From Antechinus flavipes (taxonomy: Eukaryota): a stretch of DNA of 64,000 nucleotides. The first letter of the stretch is position 1, and every line of letters starts with the position of its first letter. Made by a program: the position numbers and the translations under genes. Positions 22,850 to 40,146 of this stretch are shown here, one piece after another. The stretch lies in assembly GCF_016432865.1 (NCBI RefSeq), contig NC_067400.1, positions 629,052,001 to 629,116,000 of the forward strand, in the 5' to 3' direction. The notes beneath the pieces are model-generated. The model was not told the origin of the DNA. It did not search any database and was given only the letters and a program-made list of their open reading frames with translations.

Positions 22850-23500
22850 TTGCCTTTTTCTGTCTCTATTTGTCTGTCTCTGTCCATCTCTGTCTGTGAC
22901 TGTCTACTCATCTGTCTCTGTCCATGCCTATCTCTCTTTATTCCATGTCTGTCTCTCTGTCTCTGTCCCTGTATCTGTGTGTCTGTCCTTCAAGCTTCTC
23001 TCTCCCCCTTATCTCCCCATGTCTCTCTCACTGTTTGCCTCTCTGTCTCTGCCCCCTCTCTGTCTCTCTCCCCTTGTCTCTGCCCTTCTGTCTCTCTCCC
23101 TGTGTCCATCTCCCTTGTCTCTGCCCTTCTCTCTGTCTCTCTCCCCTTGTCTCTGCCCTCTCTCTGTCTCTGCCCCCTGTCTTTCTCTCTCCCCTTGTCT
23201 CTGCCCTTCTCTATGTCTCTCTCCCTGTGTCCATCTCCCTTGTCTCTGCCCTCTCTCTGTCTCTGCCTCCTCTCTGTCTCTCTCCCCTTGTCTCTGCCCT
23301 TCTCTCTGTCTCTCTCCCTGTGTCCATCTCCCTTGTCTCTGCCCTTCTCTCTGTCTCTCTCCCTGTGTCCATCTCCCTTGTCTCTGCCCTTCTCTCTGTC
23401 TCTCTCCCTGTGTCCATCTCCCCTTGTCTCTGTCTCTATCCCTCGAGCTCCTCCCTCCTCTGCTATCTCTATCTCCCCATGTCTCTCTTTTTCTGTCTCC
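22850..23500. repeat. CT-rich low-complexity/tandem repeat (ctctgtctct...ccttgtctctgccc)
   Basis: Polypyrimidine tract with internal ~36-bp periodicity. Confidence 0.85.
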
Positions 23501-23785
23501 CATCCTCTGAATCTCAGAGCTGGAAGGACCAGAGACCAGTCTCTGCAACCTGTTCCTACAGGAATGAAGAATACAAAGGGACTATTTCCAGCGGTTATTT
23601 GACCTGGAGCTGGCCCGGCACGCGGAGCTCACTGGTTCCGGGACCCCCTTCCCTCTGGGGCAGCTCTAACCATTAGCACATGTCCCTGAGCAGAGCCTGG
23701 CCCTGCCACCCTCTGCCTTTTCCCAAGGGCGTCTCCCTCTTTGCTCCCCGTCTCCCTTTCTCTCTCTCTGCAAGATGTCCCAGCT

Positions 23786-24240
23786 CGGGGCTTGGGGAAG
23801 GGGCCCAGCACCGGCTCTGGGACTTGGGGAAGGGGCCCAGCACCGGCTCTGGGACTTGGGGAAGGGGCCAGCACCGGCTCTGGGACTTGGGGAAGGGGCC
23901 AGCACCGGCTCTGGGACTTGGGGAAGGGGCCCAGCACCGGCTCGGGGACTTGGGGAAGGGGCCCAGCACCGGCTCTGGGACTTGGGGAAGGGGCCCAGCA
24001 CCGGCTCTGGGACTTGGGGAAGGGGCCCAGCACCGGCTCGGGGACTTGGGGAAGGGGCCCAGCACCGGCTCGAGGTTTGGGGAAGGGGCCCAGCACCGGC
24101 TCGGGGCTTGGGGAAGGGGCCCAGCACCGGCTCGGGGTTTGGGGAAGGGGCCCAGCACCGGCTCGAGGTTTGGGGAAGGGGCCCAGCACCGGCTCTGGGA
24201 CTTGGGGAAGGGGCCCAGCACTGGCTCGAGGAGGGGAAGG
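23786..24240. repeat. 32-bp minisatellite, ~14 copies
   Basis: Unit ggggaaggggcccagcaccggctctgggactt with 1-bp length variants and no spacers. Confidence 0.9.
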
Positions 24241-25359
24241 CTCCATTACCTGGGGCTGAGGCTTCAGTAAAGAGCAGGGGTTGGCTTGAAGCTGGGACAG
24301 TGGCTGTGAGTCAGGGACAGAGAATCAGTGCTTTATAGCCTCAGCCTGGGGGAGGGGAACCTCCCAAGATATGCGGGGTCTCTGAGGCAGGGCTGCCACG
24401 GGCTCCTCCTCCCTTCACCCCGGCTGACTCCTGGCTCCCCTCGGCCCTGCCCGGACCCTCCTGCCTTCTTGTTGGCTGTCCCCGGTGTGATGGGGAGGGG
24501 GAGGGGGCATTCCCCCCTCCTCTATTGCTCGAAGAATCTTTTTTATTGTGTTTCTGCCTCGGGATTTCTCAGTCTGGCTCCATCGGTCCCGGTCTCTGTC
24601 TCTCCTTCCTCTTTTCTCCCTCCCTTGTTCCTTCCTTCCTCTTCCTCTTGCCTTTCTTAGTTCCCTTCTCCACTCCCAGAGCCCCCCTTTCCCTTACCCT
24701 GGCCCACACCCCCTACCTCTGTGTAGGCCCATTTCCTGGACTCAGGTCTTTCCCTACTCCCATATACCCTCTACTCATCTAACAAAGTAACGTCTCTAAA
24801 GGGCAGCTCTGTCTCTCATCTCTCTGTCTCTGTCTCTCGTCTCTCTGTCTCTGTCTCTCATCTCTCTGTCTCTGTCTCTCATTCTCTCCCCACCCCCACC
24901 CCATGCCAGGGCCTCCTTATTACCTTCAGGATCAACAGGGAAATAATCCTATTTGACTTTTAAAGCCGCTCCCAGCCTTAGTTTCCCCCACATACCCCCC
25001 CTTTCCAGTGTTACATTTTACTCCCCTCCACACGCGGGATGATCCAAAGAGACGACCTCCTTGCTATTCCTTGTGCAGGACATTTGGTTTTCCCAGCCCC
25101 TGCCTTGGGGCCGCTTGTCCCCCATGCCGGAACGCTCTCCCTGCTGCCCTCCACCTTCAATCCCGCCCGTGCCCCCTCCCCAATTCCGAGGTCGCCCCCA
25201 AAACGACATCACTTGTGTGACCTGTTCGTTCTCACCCATTAACCTGTGAGCTCCTGGAGGGAAGACTTGCCTTTTCATCCCCGGGGACCAGCCCAGGACC
25301 TGGCACCGAAGAAGTGCTTCAAAGATTCTATGGTCTGTCCCTCTAGTCTCACCCGCCAT

Positions 25360-25485
25360 CTGACCCTGTCTCTTTCTCTATCTCGGTCTCTCCTCTCAAT
25401 CTCTCCTTCTCTTTCTCTGTCTCTCTTCTCTGTCTCTCCCTCTCACTGTCTCTCCTTCTTTCTCTTGGTCTCTCCTCTCTCTCAG

Positions 25486-25525
<40 letters not shown>

Positions 25526-26270
25526 TCTCTGTCTCTCTTCTCTGTCTCTCCTCTCTCTCTCAGTCTCTCCTTCTCNNNNNNNNNNNNNNNNNNNNNNNNN
25601 NNNNNNNNNNNNNNNNNNNNNNNNNNNNNNNNNNNNNNNNNNNNNNNNNNNNNNNNNNNNNNNNNNNNNNNNNNNNNNNNNNNNNNNNNNNNNNNNNNNN
25701 NNNNNNNNNNNNNNNNNNNNNNNNNNNNTCTCTCAGTCTCTCCTCTNNNNNNNNNNNNNNNNNNNNNNNNNNNNNNNNNNNNNNNNNNNNNNNNNNNNNN
25801 NNNNNNNNNNNNNNNNNNNNNNNNNNNNNNNNNNNNNNNNNNNNNNNNNNNNNNNNNNNNNNNNNNNNNNNNNNNNNNNNNNNNNNNNNNNNNNNNNNNN
25901 NNNNNNNNNNNNNNNNNNNNNNNNNNNNNNNNNNNNNNNNNNNNNNNNNNNNNNNNNNNNNNNNNNNNNNNNNNNNNNNNNNNNNNNNNNNNNNNNNNNN
26001 NNNNNNNNNNNNNNNNNNNNNNNNNNNNNNNNNNNNNNNNNNNNNNNNNNNNNNNNNNNNNNNNNNNNNNNNNNNNNNNNNNNNNNNNNNNNNNNNNNNN
26101 NNNNNNNNNNNNNNNNNNNNNNNNNNNNNNNNNNNNNNNNNNNNNNNNNNNNNNNNNNNNNNNNNNNNNNNNNNNNNNNNNNNNNNNNNNNNNNNNNNNN
26201 NNNNNNNNNNNNNNNNNNNNNNNNNNNNNNNNNNNNNNNTCCTTCTCCCTATCTGCTCTTTTCTCTAGCT
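25360..26270. other. (CT)n-rich tract interrupted by N gaps (25576-26239)
   Basis: CT microsatellite flanks an N run that contains a short sequence island. Confidence 0.9.
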
Positions 26271-27818
26271 CTGTCTCAGATTTTTAAGTCGGACGATCCC
26301 TCCGTGACCCTGCAGCCCAACACCCACCTGACCAGTGATTACTCCTCTCCTAGACTCAATCCGTGCTTCAGTCTCTACTCCAAGTCCAGGCGGAGGCCTC
26401 CTCCACTTTGGCTCTCTGCAGTTTTCCTAGCCTCAAGCCTAATGTACCCATTGCGCTTAGTTCTCCTGGGACCGGAGGGAAGAGAGCCGATTCCTCTTCG
26501 GCCAGCTGGCCACAGGACGCAGCTCTCTCCCCTGCGCCCAGTCTGGTTCTCTCCAGGCTAAACGTTCCCAGTTCCTTCAACCGCTTGTCCCAGACCGTGA
26601 ATGTGTTTGGGCTTTTTTATTGTCTCCATCTCCCCCTTGTTTTTCTATTTCTCCATTTCTCCGTCTCTATCCACTTGTTTGTTCCTGTCATTGTCTCCTG
26701 GTCCCTCCCCCTGCTTTGTCTCCCATCAAAATTTCCCTCTGGTGACATCAGACCCTACATGGGGACGACAGGTGTGTGGGGGAGGGCATCCTGGCAGGAG
26801 GCGGCGGGCCGGCCGGAGCCAGGACGGTCGCGAGCCCGCGGCCGTGCCCCCCGTGCCCCCGATGGGCCAGCCCCGGGCCGGCTTGGCCGAGGCCCCGGAT
26901 CTCCTCCCTCGGGGCCAGAGCTCGTAACCGATGCTGCATCGGGCTTTGCTGGGGCCTAAATAAAACTCCTGACAGAGCCGGAAAGGCCCGTGGGGGGGGC
27001 TGGCTGGGACCCCCACGTTACAGGGGCGGCCCCCGGGGAGGAGGCGCAGGGCTGGGACCAGATCAGGGCTCGCTCTGCCCCAAAACCAAAGCGGGATCAC
27101 AGAGTTCGGGCCAGGAGAGCGGTGTCTGCTTAGCCGCCGTCCCGGCGGGCACAGGGCCGGGTGATCTCTGTCAGCGGCTCCCAGGGACCCGCGCGGCCTT
27201 TCACAGACTGGCCCAGGTTCCCCTCCTGAGTCGCCCCTCAGCACGCCTTCGTGCGAGGGCCCCCCCCAGCCTTGCCAGGAACGGCTTCCTCTTGGCTCAC
27301 TGGGAGGCTCCCGGCTCCTCTGTCCCAGCCCCTCGCCGGGCACTTGCCTCACCCCGTGCTGTACCGATTACCAGCCCTCCTGGGCTCCAGGGCCCCACTT
27401 TGGGGTCCGTATCAGCTCAGGGTCTGGCGCCCACAAGCTCTCCACGTTTCATCTTTGGAGTCGCCGTTAGCGCCCGAGCCCTCCCTCGGGCAAGGAACGA
27501 GCTCCCGGCTGGGAGCTACTTACAGAAGATCTCCCAGTGATGGGACAAGGGGGAGGATCACCAGAGGTCACAGGTGGATAAACTGAGGCTCAGAGACTGG
27601 AAAGGCTTGACCAAGATCACAAGGCCAATAAAGGACAGCCTATCGGACCCGAGGGACCCGAGACCGTAGTTTCTTCTTCCGTTTTCCGGGTCAGACGCTG
27701 AGGCCCCGAGGGGGCTCCGACCCTCCCGGGGGCACCTGGAGCTTCGGGCCCAGCCCCCCCCCCGGTCCCCAGAGGACTTCCTCAGACAAACCCTCGCCGA
27801 CCCCGACTCAGAGAGAAC

Positions 27819-27824
27819 TTTATT
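27819..27824 (-). terminator. TNNI3 polyadenylation signal AATAAA
   Basis: tttatt on +, about 48 nt after the TGA. Confidence 0.85.
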
Positions 27825-27871
27825 CAAGGCTGGGCGCGGGCCCGGGTTTGTCAGAGGGAGGCTGCCGCCCA

Positions 27872-31893
<4,022 letters not shown>

Positions 31894-32005
31894 GTTGTTA
31901 GGGGACTGGATGAGTCTCCGGGATGACCTTGGGGGGCTGAGATCCGCTAGCCTCCGATCTCTTCGGGCTCCTCTGGGGACAGTGTGTGACAAAAGCCAAG
32001 GGGAG

Positions 32006-32060
32006 GCTAAATATACTGCCGCAGGGGAGATAAGGGGGCCTGGAGGGGGGGAGATACCCC
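32006..32060 (-). promoter_or_regulatory. TNNI3 proximal promoter: AT-rich TATA/MEF2-like box and GATA sites
   Basis: gctaaatatac (32006-32016), AGATAA (32028-32033), gagatac near 32051; about 115-165 nt upstream of the ATG. Confidence 0.65.
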
Positions 32061-32555
32061 GTGTCTGGCAGACACCTCCCTCAGGTCCACAGGGAGCCAA
32101 GAATCCGGACACGCCAGCCCCTCCTCCCCAGGGACCCAGAGGCCCTCTCTCTGCGGTCTCAGAAAGTTCTCGGCCACCCTAAGGGGCCTCCCCTAGTCCC
32201 TCAACAATTCAGGCACCTTACCCCACCCCATCTGGGAGCCGAGTCTCTTCCTCCTCGGCACCTGCTTCCAAGTCCCAGCCCTCTGCCCCTTGGGGACCTC
32301 CCCGGCTTGATTCTCCAGAACCGAGGTCCCAGGAACCCCAGCCTATTCACATCTCTGAAACCCACCCGGCTGGCTCTCTGGCCCATTCTTCTCAAAGACC
32401 AGAGGACCCAGACCCTCCGCCCTCAGGAAGCAAGGCATCCCGAGCCCGAGCCATTGTTCTTGGGGACCCAGGAGTCCTGCCACCCCTGTCCCTTAAGGCG
32501 GTGGCGACACGCCGCACTCTCTCCCAGATCACAGACTGATGATGGGGTTCGATTC

Positions 32556-32561
32556 TTTATT
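32556..32561 (-). terminator. DNAAF3 polyadenylation signal AATAAA
   Basis: tttatt on +, about 155 nt after the stop and about 550 nt from the TNNI3 promoter. Confidence 0.8.
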
Positions 32562-32716
32562 CTAACAAGTTGCGACTCCCTGGGAAGGACAGGGGACGCC
32601 GAGCCCCAGAAATCCAGGGAGACGCGATCAGAATCTTGGGGCCAACATAGTCGTGGGTCGGGGAGGGGGCAGGGGCCTAGGAGAAACTAGAATATTCGGG
32701 GACCAAAGGGTCCCCT

Positions 32717-35700
32717 CTAGAATTCGGTGGCGAAGTCAGGATCACCTGCGCCTCGTGTTCTGGAGCCAGAGTCGTTGGGGGAAGGGTTCGGAAATGCCGA
32801 AGGTGGGGTCAGTCTTGGGGAAGAGGGGGCACCGGATTCCCCAGAGGGCATTCCAAGATCATCAGGACCCTTGGCAGGTCCCAGAATGCCCGGGAGGGCG
32901 GGGGCGGAGTGCCCAGGGGGCGGAGCCAAAATTCCAGAAGGCCCTAGCTCCGCATCTGTAGGCAGGTTCATTGTCTTTGAGGGAGGAGTCACATGGCTGA
33001 GGGGCGGGTCCCTCATGCCCCCAACTTCTGGGCTAGTGGCTGGTCTAAGAATGCCATAGGGGGCGGGCTCAGAGGCCCTAGGAGGCGGGGTCAGTGCTCC
33101 AGGAGCCTCAGCCTGGGAGGATGGGCTCTGAATTTCAGAGGGGGCGGGCTCAGAGGCTTTAGGAGGCGGGGTCAACGCTGCAGGAGCATCAGCCTTGGAG
33201 GATGGGCTTTCAATTTCAGAGGGGGAGGGCTCAAAGGCCCTAGGAGGCGGGGTCAGTGCTCCAGGAGCCTCAGCCTGGGAGGATAGTAGACTCTGAATTT
33301 CAGAGGGGGAGGGCTCAGAGGCCCTAGGAGGTGGGGTCAGTGCTCCAGGAGCCTCAGCCTGGGAGGATGGGCTCTCAATTTCAGAGGGGGCGGGCTCAGA
33401 GGCTTTAGGAGGCGGGGTCAACGCTGCAGGAGCATCAGCCTTGGAGGATGGGCTTTCAATTTCAGAGGGGGAGGGCTCAAAGGCCCTAGGAGGCGGGGTC
33501 AGTGCTCCAGGAGCCTCAGCCTGGGAGGATAGTAGACTCTGAATTTCAGAGGGGGAGGGCTCAGAGGCCCTAGGAGGCGGGGTCAGTGCTCCAGGAGCCT
33601 CAGCCTGGGAGGATAGTAGACTCTGAACTTCAGAGGGGGCGGGCTCAGAGGCCCTAGGAGGCGGGGTCAGTGCTCCAGGAGCCTCAGCCTGGGAGGATAG
33701 GCTCTGAATTTCAGAGGGGGCGGGCTCAGAGACCCTAGGAGGCGGGGTCAGTGCTCCAGGAGCCTCAGCCTGGGAAGATAGTAGACTCTGAATTTCAGAG
33801 AGGGCGGGCTCAGAGTCCCTAGGAGGCGGGGTCAGTGCTCCAGGAGCATCAGCCTGGGAGGATAGTAGACTCTGAATTTTAGAGGGGGCGGGCTCAGAGA
33901 CCCTAGGAGGCGGGGTCAACGCTGCAGGAGGATCAGCCTTGGAGGATGGGCTCTGAATTTCAGAGGGGGCGGGCTCAGAAGCCTTAGGAGGCGGGGTCAG
34001 TACTCCAGGAGCATCAGCCTGGGAGGATGGGCTCTCAAGTTCAGAGGGGGCGGGCTCAGAAGCCTTAGGAGGCGGGGTCAGTACTCCAGGAGCATCAGCC
34101 TGGGAGGATGGGCTCTCAATTTCAGAGGGGGCGGGCTCAGAAGCCTTAGGAGGCGGGGTCAGTACTCCAGGAGCATCAGCCTGGGAGGATGGGCTCTCAA
34201 TTTCAGAGGGGGCGGGCTCAGAGGCCCTAGGAGGCGGGGTCAGTGCTCCGGGAGCATCAGCCTGGGAGGATGGGCTCTCAATTTCAGAGGGGGCGGGCTC
34301 AGAAGCCTTAGGAGGCGGGGTCAGTACTCCAGGAGCCTCAGCCTGGGAGGATGGGCTCTCAATTTCAGAGGGGGCGGGCTCAGAGGCCCTAGGAGGCGGA
34401 GTCAGTGCTCCAGGAGCATCAGCCTGGGAGGATGGGCTCTCAATTTCAGAGGGGGCGGGCTCAGAAGCCTTAGGAGGCGGGGTCAGTACTCCAGGAGCCT
34501 CAGCCTGGGAGGATGGGCTCTCAATTTCAGAGGGGGCGGGCTCAGAGACCCTAGGAGGCGGAGTCAGTGCTCCAGGAGCATCAGCCTGGGAGGATGGGCT
34601 CTCAATTTCAGAGGGGGCGGGCTCAGAGGCCCTAGGAGGCGGGGTCAGTGCTCCAGGAGCATCAGCCTGGGAGGATAGGCTCTGAATTTCAGAGGGGGCG
34701 GGCTCTTGGGCATCAGGGGGCGGGGTTAAAATCTCTGTGTTAGTCTCCTCAAGGGGCGGGGCTTTGGCCTTCTGACAAACACTCGGGGCCTCCTCTTCTG
34801 GCTGGGGCTTCCGAGAGAAGCGCGCGAAGGTTTCGGGGGGACCCTCGTGGGACTCCGGTGCGAAGCCAGCAGCCTCAGCCAGCTCTCGGACCCGATCACG
34901 GAAACTCTCTAGCTGGTTAGGCCGCAGATCCACAAGGTACCTAAGGACGGAGGTTAAGTCAGGGCTCCCAGAGGCCCCGCAGCCTCAGCACCCAGGCCGG
35001 GCGGACAGCGCTCACCTGGCCAATTCCACAATCAAGCGTCCTCCGGGAGCCACGCAGGCCCCGAGCTCCGGGCTCAGCTGATGGACCATCCTGCAGAGAG
35101 GAAGCCAGGATTAGAGAGCTGGAGAATGGTGTTCCCAGATCCCTCGAGGGGGGATAGGCCATTTTTATTCGGGATCCCTGGGACAGGAAGGGCTGAACAC
35201 CTGCACTTGGGTCACTGGGGGAGAGGTCTGGGAAGTCGGGACTCCTGGAGTCCCGGGAAGGAAAGGACAGAGCTCTTAGGTCCCGCAGGAGGACGGGGAG
35301 GTGGGGAATCAGTGCTCCCGGAGTCTCTGGGAGGATCCGTTCTCCTGGAGGAGAGGGCCACGGAACAGTGCTCCCGGGTCATCGGCAGGAGAGGGCAGGG
35401 GATCAGAGTTCTTAGTCCCTGAGGGAGGAGGGACTGAAACAAGATGCCCCGCCCCTTTCCTGGAGAAGAGGGCTGGGAATCTGCTCCTGTCTCTTATGGA
35501 GGAGTTGGAAATGGGGATGACACCATCCCTGAGAGGAAGGGGTTGGTTTGCTTCCGAGTCCCTGAACAGAAAACCGGGGGCTCAAAATTCCCGAGTCTCT
35601 AAGGAGAGGCCTGGAGAGTCAGGACGCCTGGGTCCGAGGGAGAACTGGGGTGAGGGTTGAAGGATCAAGATTCTTTCTGGTAGAGGGAGGGGAAAGGGGC

Positions 35701-38700
35701 TCCCGGTTCAGGACGCCTGAGACCCTGAAGGAAAAGAGACAGTTTGAGCCGGGAGGAACTTGGGACGTAGGACTGCCGCCCGGACTCCTGAGGCAACCTC
35801 GGCCAGGGGCACTCCCTCAGTTACCCGCAGGACACGTAGAGAAGGTGGAAGCGGCTGCTGTAGCGCTTTCGGTGGTGCAGCGTCGGGGCGGTCCCCAGGG
35901 GCAGGAAGTGCACCCGGAAAGGTCTGGAGCCCGCCGGGTCTGAAGGCGAAGAGACCGGGAAAGAGAGAGGGGCACTCAGTGCCAGGGAGAGGAGGACGGC
36001 CCGGAGCGGACTTTCCTGCCCCGCCCGTTACGCACCAGCACAAGCTCCTCCCGGGCACTTCCCTAAATTCAGCCTCAGGGGAGGCACTTTCCCTTTCCCT
36101 GCCCCTTGCCCTCGGCAGGACTCCCATCCCCCTCCTACTGGCCTCAGTTTCCCCTCTAGGAATCCAGATGGTCTCAAAGAGCCCTAAGTGGGGGGGAGGG
36201 AGGGAAGACTCTTAGAGAAAGGAGACTAAAAGGAGGGGCTGGTACTCGGGAGGAGGAAAGTTTGGGGGCCTCTTGTCTGCGCTCACCGGACCCTGGAGCC
36301 CCGCCCTCTGCCTTGGTCTCAGGCTCGGCCCCAGACCCCTCCTCCTCGGCAGCCCCTAGGCTTCGAAACAGCGAGGTCACGTTGTGCAGGGAGATCTCAC
36401 CAGCGCACTGTGGGAGGGACGAGCAGGACATGTGGGCGGAGCCTGGATAAATGGGCGGAGCTGTGGAGTGGAGCAATTGTGGGGAGGGGAAGAAGAGGCC
36501 CAAAGGGGGCAGATTTGGGTTAAAGAGTGATATAGATGGAAATGGGACCCGAAGTCTTCCCGGAGGAAACGGAAGAGATACTTGGAGCGGAGAACCGGAG
36601 GCCCAGAGACAATCCCGAAGGCAAAGCGAAAGGGGGAAGCCAGAGACGCTGAGGGCGAGAGATGGAAACAGTGAGGGGGAGAGCCAAGGAGACAGAGAAC
36701 CGGGGCCACAGAGATGGAGAGTCAGGGAGGCCTTAGGTCCGACCAGGCCAAGGCCCGGGAAAGAGCAAGAGGAAGGGAGAAGGCCGGGAGGTGGAAGGGA
36801 GAAGGACGAGAGATGGGGCTCCCTGGGCACCTTAACAGGGGTTCCGTTGCGGCTCTTCAAGATGCTCTCATCGTCGGACTCGATGCCAAAGGCCACGAAC
36901 GGCCCCGTAGCCACGTCCCCCCAGTAGCCTCGCACAGCCACGCGCTCCCCTCGCTGAGGTTGGGGGAGACATGGATCAACTTGTGGACATCTGGGACCCC
37001 CAGGAGACTGACAAAGGGGCACTGGAGCCCTCAAATGTCAGAAGCTTGGAAGGGGGGCTGCTGGGACCCCGGAGACACAGGGCTGGGAACCTGAAGGCCC
37101 AGATCTCCTGAAATACAGGACTGGGGGAGTGGGCGGACCAGAATTCCCGAGAAGCCTGCCAAAGTGGGCAGAAACCAGAACTTTCGATTTCCTGAGGTGG
37201 TAGACTTAAGTTAGACTCCCACAGTCCCCTGAGGTGGTGGCTTCATTACTGGGTGATCAAGGGCTCGGAGGGATTAGGGGCGACTGGGACCCCTTGGGAG
37301 ATGTCTGCGTCCCCAGGAGCTGGGACAGGGAGCCTAGAGCACGCACGTGGCTCATCAGGCGTCCTGACGCTAGCGTCCGATTGGGGAGCTGATAGGCCGA
37401 AGCATCCCGAATCTCGAAGGCCACACTGGTTTCCCGCCAGCGACGAAACTCTCTGCTGTTGATGACCCGGGCCTGAGAGACAGAGGAGCTCAAGGACCCA
37501 GCAATCCTCCCAGCCCTTTGACCTTCCCACCTCTTCAGGCGATCAGTCTCCTAATCTCCACCCTTCAGCTGCCAGATGCCCCCGTGCAGAGGCACCTAAA
37601 ACTCCATTTCCCAGCATCATCCGGGAGAAGTGTAGGGGGGCCTTCCAACAACACTCCCTGCACCTACTGGAAACGGTAGTTTTCTCTCCCACCAGCCTCC
37701 CAGGGACCTCGGAAGTCCAGGCGCTCACCCCTCGGTCATGCAGCTTCATGTGCAAGTCCCAGTCGCTGACCCCGATTCGGGCGTCATAGCGGGAGCCCAG
37801 GTAACCCCGGAGTCGAGCGTCCCACAGGCGGCTCAGGGGGAAGGAGGCCTCGGCCTCGGAGGCCGCCCAGAAGGTGAACACGGCCTCCAAGGAATCCCGC
37901 TCCCGGTACTGAGAACCGAAAGAGAGGGGGACCATGGGAGACGCCTCTGCGACAGGGCAGGAGGCCGCCGGGACAAGAAGTGGAGCTCCAGCGGCAGCTC
38001 TTCCAGGACAGGGACTGATGCTGGTCTTCTCTGTTCATCCCCAAGCCTGCCCCTAAGAGGCACTTCACAACTGTTTTCTCTCCATCCATCGTCCATGCAG
38101 CCAGCCTCATCCATCCGTCCTCCATCCTCCATCCATCCATCCATCCCCCCCTCTATCAATCAGCCTTCCACTGCCTTTCTCAGAGAGCCGGAACAATCGT
38201 TCTCATTGCCCTTGGATCCCTGACGCCCAACTCAGCCCTAAAAGGCGTTTCACAAACTCTCCTTCTCCCCATTCACCAGATCCGGCCCTTGAGATAAGGA
38301 CAGATCCGAGATCTAGCGGGATCTGAGGAACAACAAGACGGGTCTAACCACAGTGGGGGAGAACGAAGAGGGGCGGGGCTGGGGGGAGGAATCATGAGCA
38401 CGAGAGCTGAAATGGTCAGTGGGGGCCAAGCGGTGAAGGCCTTTGAACGTCAGGAGGAGTTTCTAACGGATCTTGGAGGTTTATGATTTAATCATAAGCC
38501 CCTGGATTTTGTGCAGCCGAGGGTGGTCGGGTGGTCTCGGGACTGGCACTTTGGAAGCCCACCCCGGGGGGGGGGGGACGAGACTCGGGGACGCCCCGTA
38601 GAAGCCATCGGCCAGGTCAGAGTGAGGGGCGATCAGGCCGGAAGAAGGGCTCGTCAGCGGAGGGGAGTGGGGTGAGAATTAAGAGGAAGGGAAAGGAGAG

Positions 38701-40146
38701 GAGCGGCCTCCACGCTCGACCCCACCCCCAGCCTTAGGGCGGGAGCTGCGCACCAGCCTCCGGGCATCGGCTCCTCCCCCTTTCCCACCCCCAGCCCGTC
38801 CCCCACCTCAAACCTTGAGCGCTTCCAGGCTGAGCTTGGGAAGCTGAGCAGCCAGATCCTCCGGCTCGGGCAAAAGGCGGCGCATGCGCTGGGACTGAGC
38901 GCGAATGTACTCGGCCACCTGGGTCCGCACGAGCCCATTCCCCCAGAGCTCCAGGAATGTCTCGCTCTTTTCTGTGGGGAGGCGGGGGAGGGCGGCTGGG
39001 ACCGCTGGGTCCCAGAGGGAGACGCTTGGGTGTCCCACAGGACTGAGGCTAGGAGTAGGGACGCCTGGGTCCCCGAGGGCAGAGGCTGGAAGCAAGGGCT
39101 CGAGTCCCCGATGTGAGGGGAGTGAGGATAAGGATGCGGGGATTCCCGGCAGGGTTGGTTTGGGAGCTGGGACGCCTGAATCCTGGAAAGGGGCATGCGC
39201 CGGGAACACGGACTCCTGCCCCCCCCCCCCCCAGGGAACTTCGGACACCTGGGTCCCGGCCTGGGTTGGGGGTGCTCCACTGCAGCCTCCGTAGGCTCAC
39301 CTTGAAGGCCCATACTCTCCGGAGGCTCGAAGGCCAGGTTGAGGATGAGAATCTGGCGCGCCACCGCCTCCAGGTTGTTCTCCAGGACGAAGAACTGGGA
39401 GTCAGTAGGAGAAAAGATGGGGGAGCCCAAGATCAGGAATGGCGGCCTTCCCTGGCCCCTTCCACGGTCCAGGCCCCCTCCTGGGGACTTTCATGCAACC
39501 CAACAGGCACCCCCAAATAGTTGTTTTTTGTTTTGTCGTTGCTGTTTTGCTGAGGCAAGTGGGGTTAAGTGACTTGCCCAGGGTCACACAGCTAGGACAT
39601 ATTAAGTGTCTGAGGTCGGATTTGAACTCGGGTCCTCCTGACTTCAGGACCTGTGCTCTATCCCCCAAATAGTTTTTAAGGGTCTGCTCTGTGCAGGACA
39701 TACAGAAACCATCCCAGTATTGGGAGTCCCGGCCCCGGCCTTCTCCCAGCCCCCAGCCTCCGGGGGAGCCCTGCTCACATTGAGCTTCCGAGGGGGCCAG
39801 CGCGGAGTCTGCGCCAAGGTCCGCAGGATGTGCCGCGCGTCCACCGAGCCCAGGAGAAGGATGTCGAGTTCCTGGGGGTCCCCGGGGCTGGGGGCATCGG
39901 GAGGACCTGGGATGGAGCAGGGAGGAGTTCGGATCACACGCCTCCTCCGTCGGGCAGGCCCTGCCTCCTCTCCGCGCCCAGCCTGCTCCCAGCCAACCCA
40001 GCCCAGAGGCCTCTTGGGACCGAGATGGGGGCGGGGAAAGGCGGGGGGGGGGGGTCCTCACATTCCGCCTGCAGATCCAGCGCCGGGGACAGGCCCCACC
40101 AGGCCACCGAGCCAAAGCCCTCCCCCGAGCCAGTCACCGTCGTCAT
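32717..40146 (-). CDS. DNAAF3: Dynein axonemal assembly factor 3 (PF22 homolog), 11 coding exons, 1142 aa with a greatly extended repeat tail
   Basis: Exons: 40062-40146, 39779-39906, 39301-39394, 38814-38971, 37729-37908, 37347-37472, 36831-36953, 36287-36407, 35825-35939, 35016-35090, 32717-34940; total 3429 nt. Motifs [74 protein letters not shown]. Confidence 0.95.
33056..34730 (-). repeat. Coding VNTR in the DNAAF3 last exon: ~21 units of 81/84 bp ([27 protein letters not shown])
   Basis: Units counted from the 738-aa ORF. Length variants differ by exactly one codon. Confidence 0.95.
39521..39664 (-). mobile_element. Marsupial-type CORE-SINE with A-rich tail in a DNAAF3 intron
   Basis: ggggttaagtgacttgcccagggtcacacagctagg...tgtctgaggtcggatttgaactcgggtcctcctgacttcagg...gtgctctatcc. 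Confidence 0.8.

Noticed and set aside
23786-24240. 32-bp repeats resembling a CRISPR array in length
   Set aside because: Head-to-tail with no unique spacers, no cas genes, and a eukaryotic context.
22523-24338. Multiple long ORFs in all frames over the CT tract and the 32-bp minisatellite
   Set aside because: Repeat units lack stops, and unit lengths are not multiples of 3 and vary by single bases, so no frame is preserved. This contrasts with the DNAAF3 repeat.
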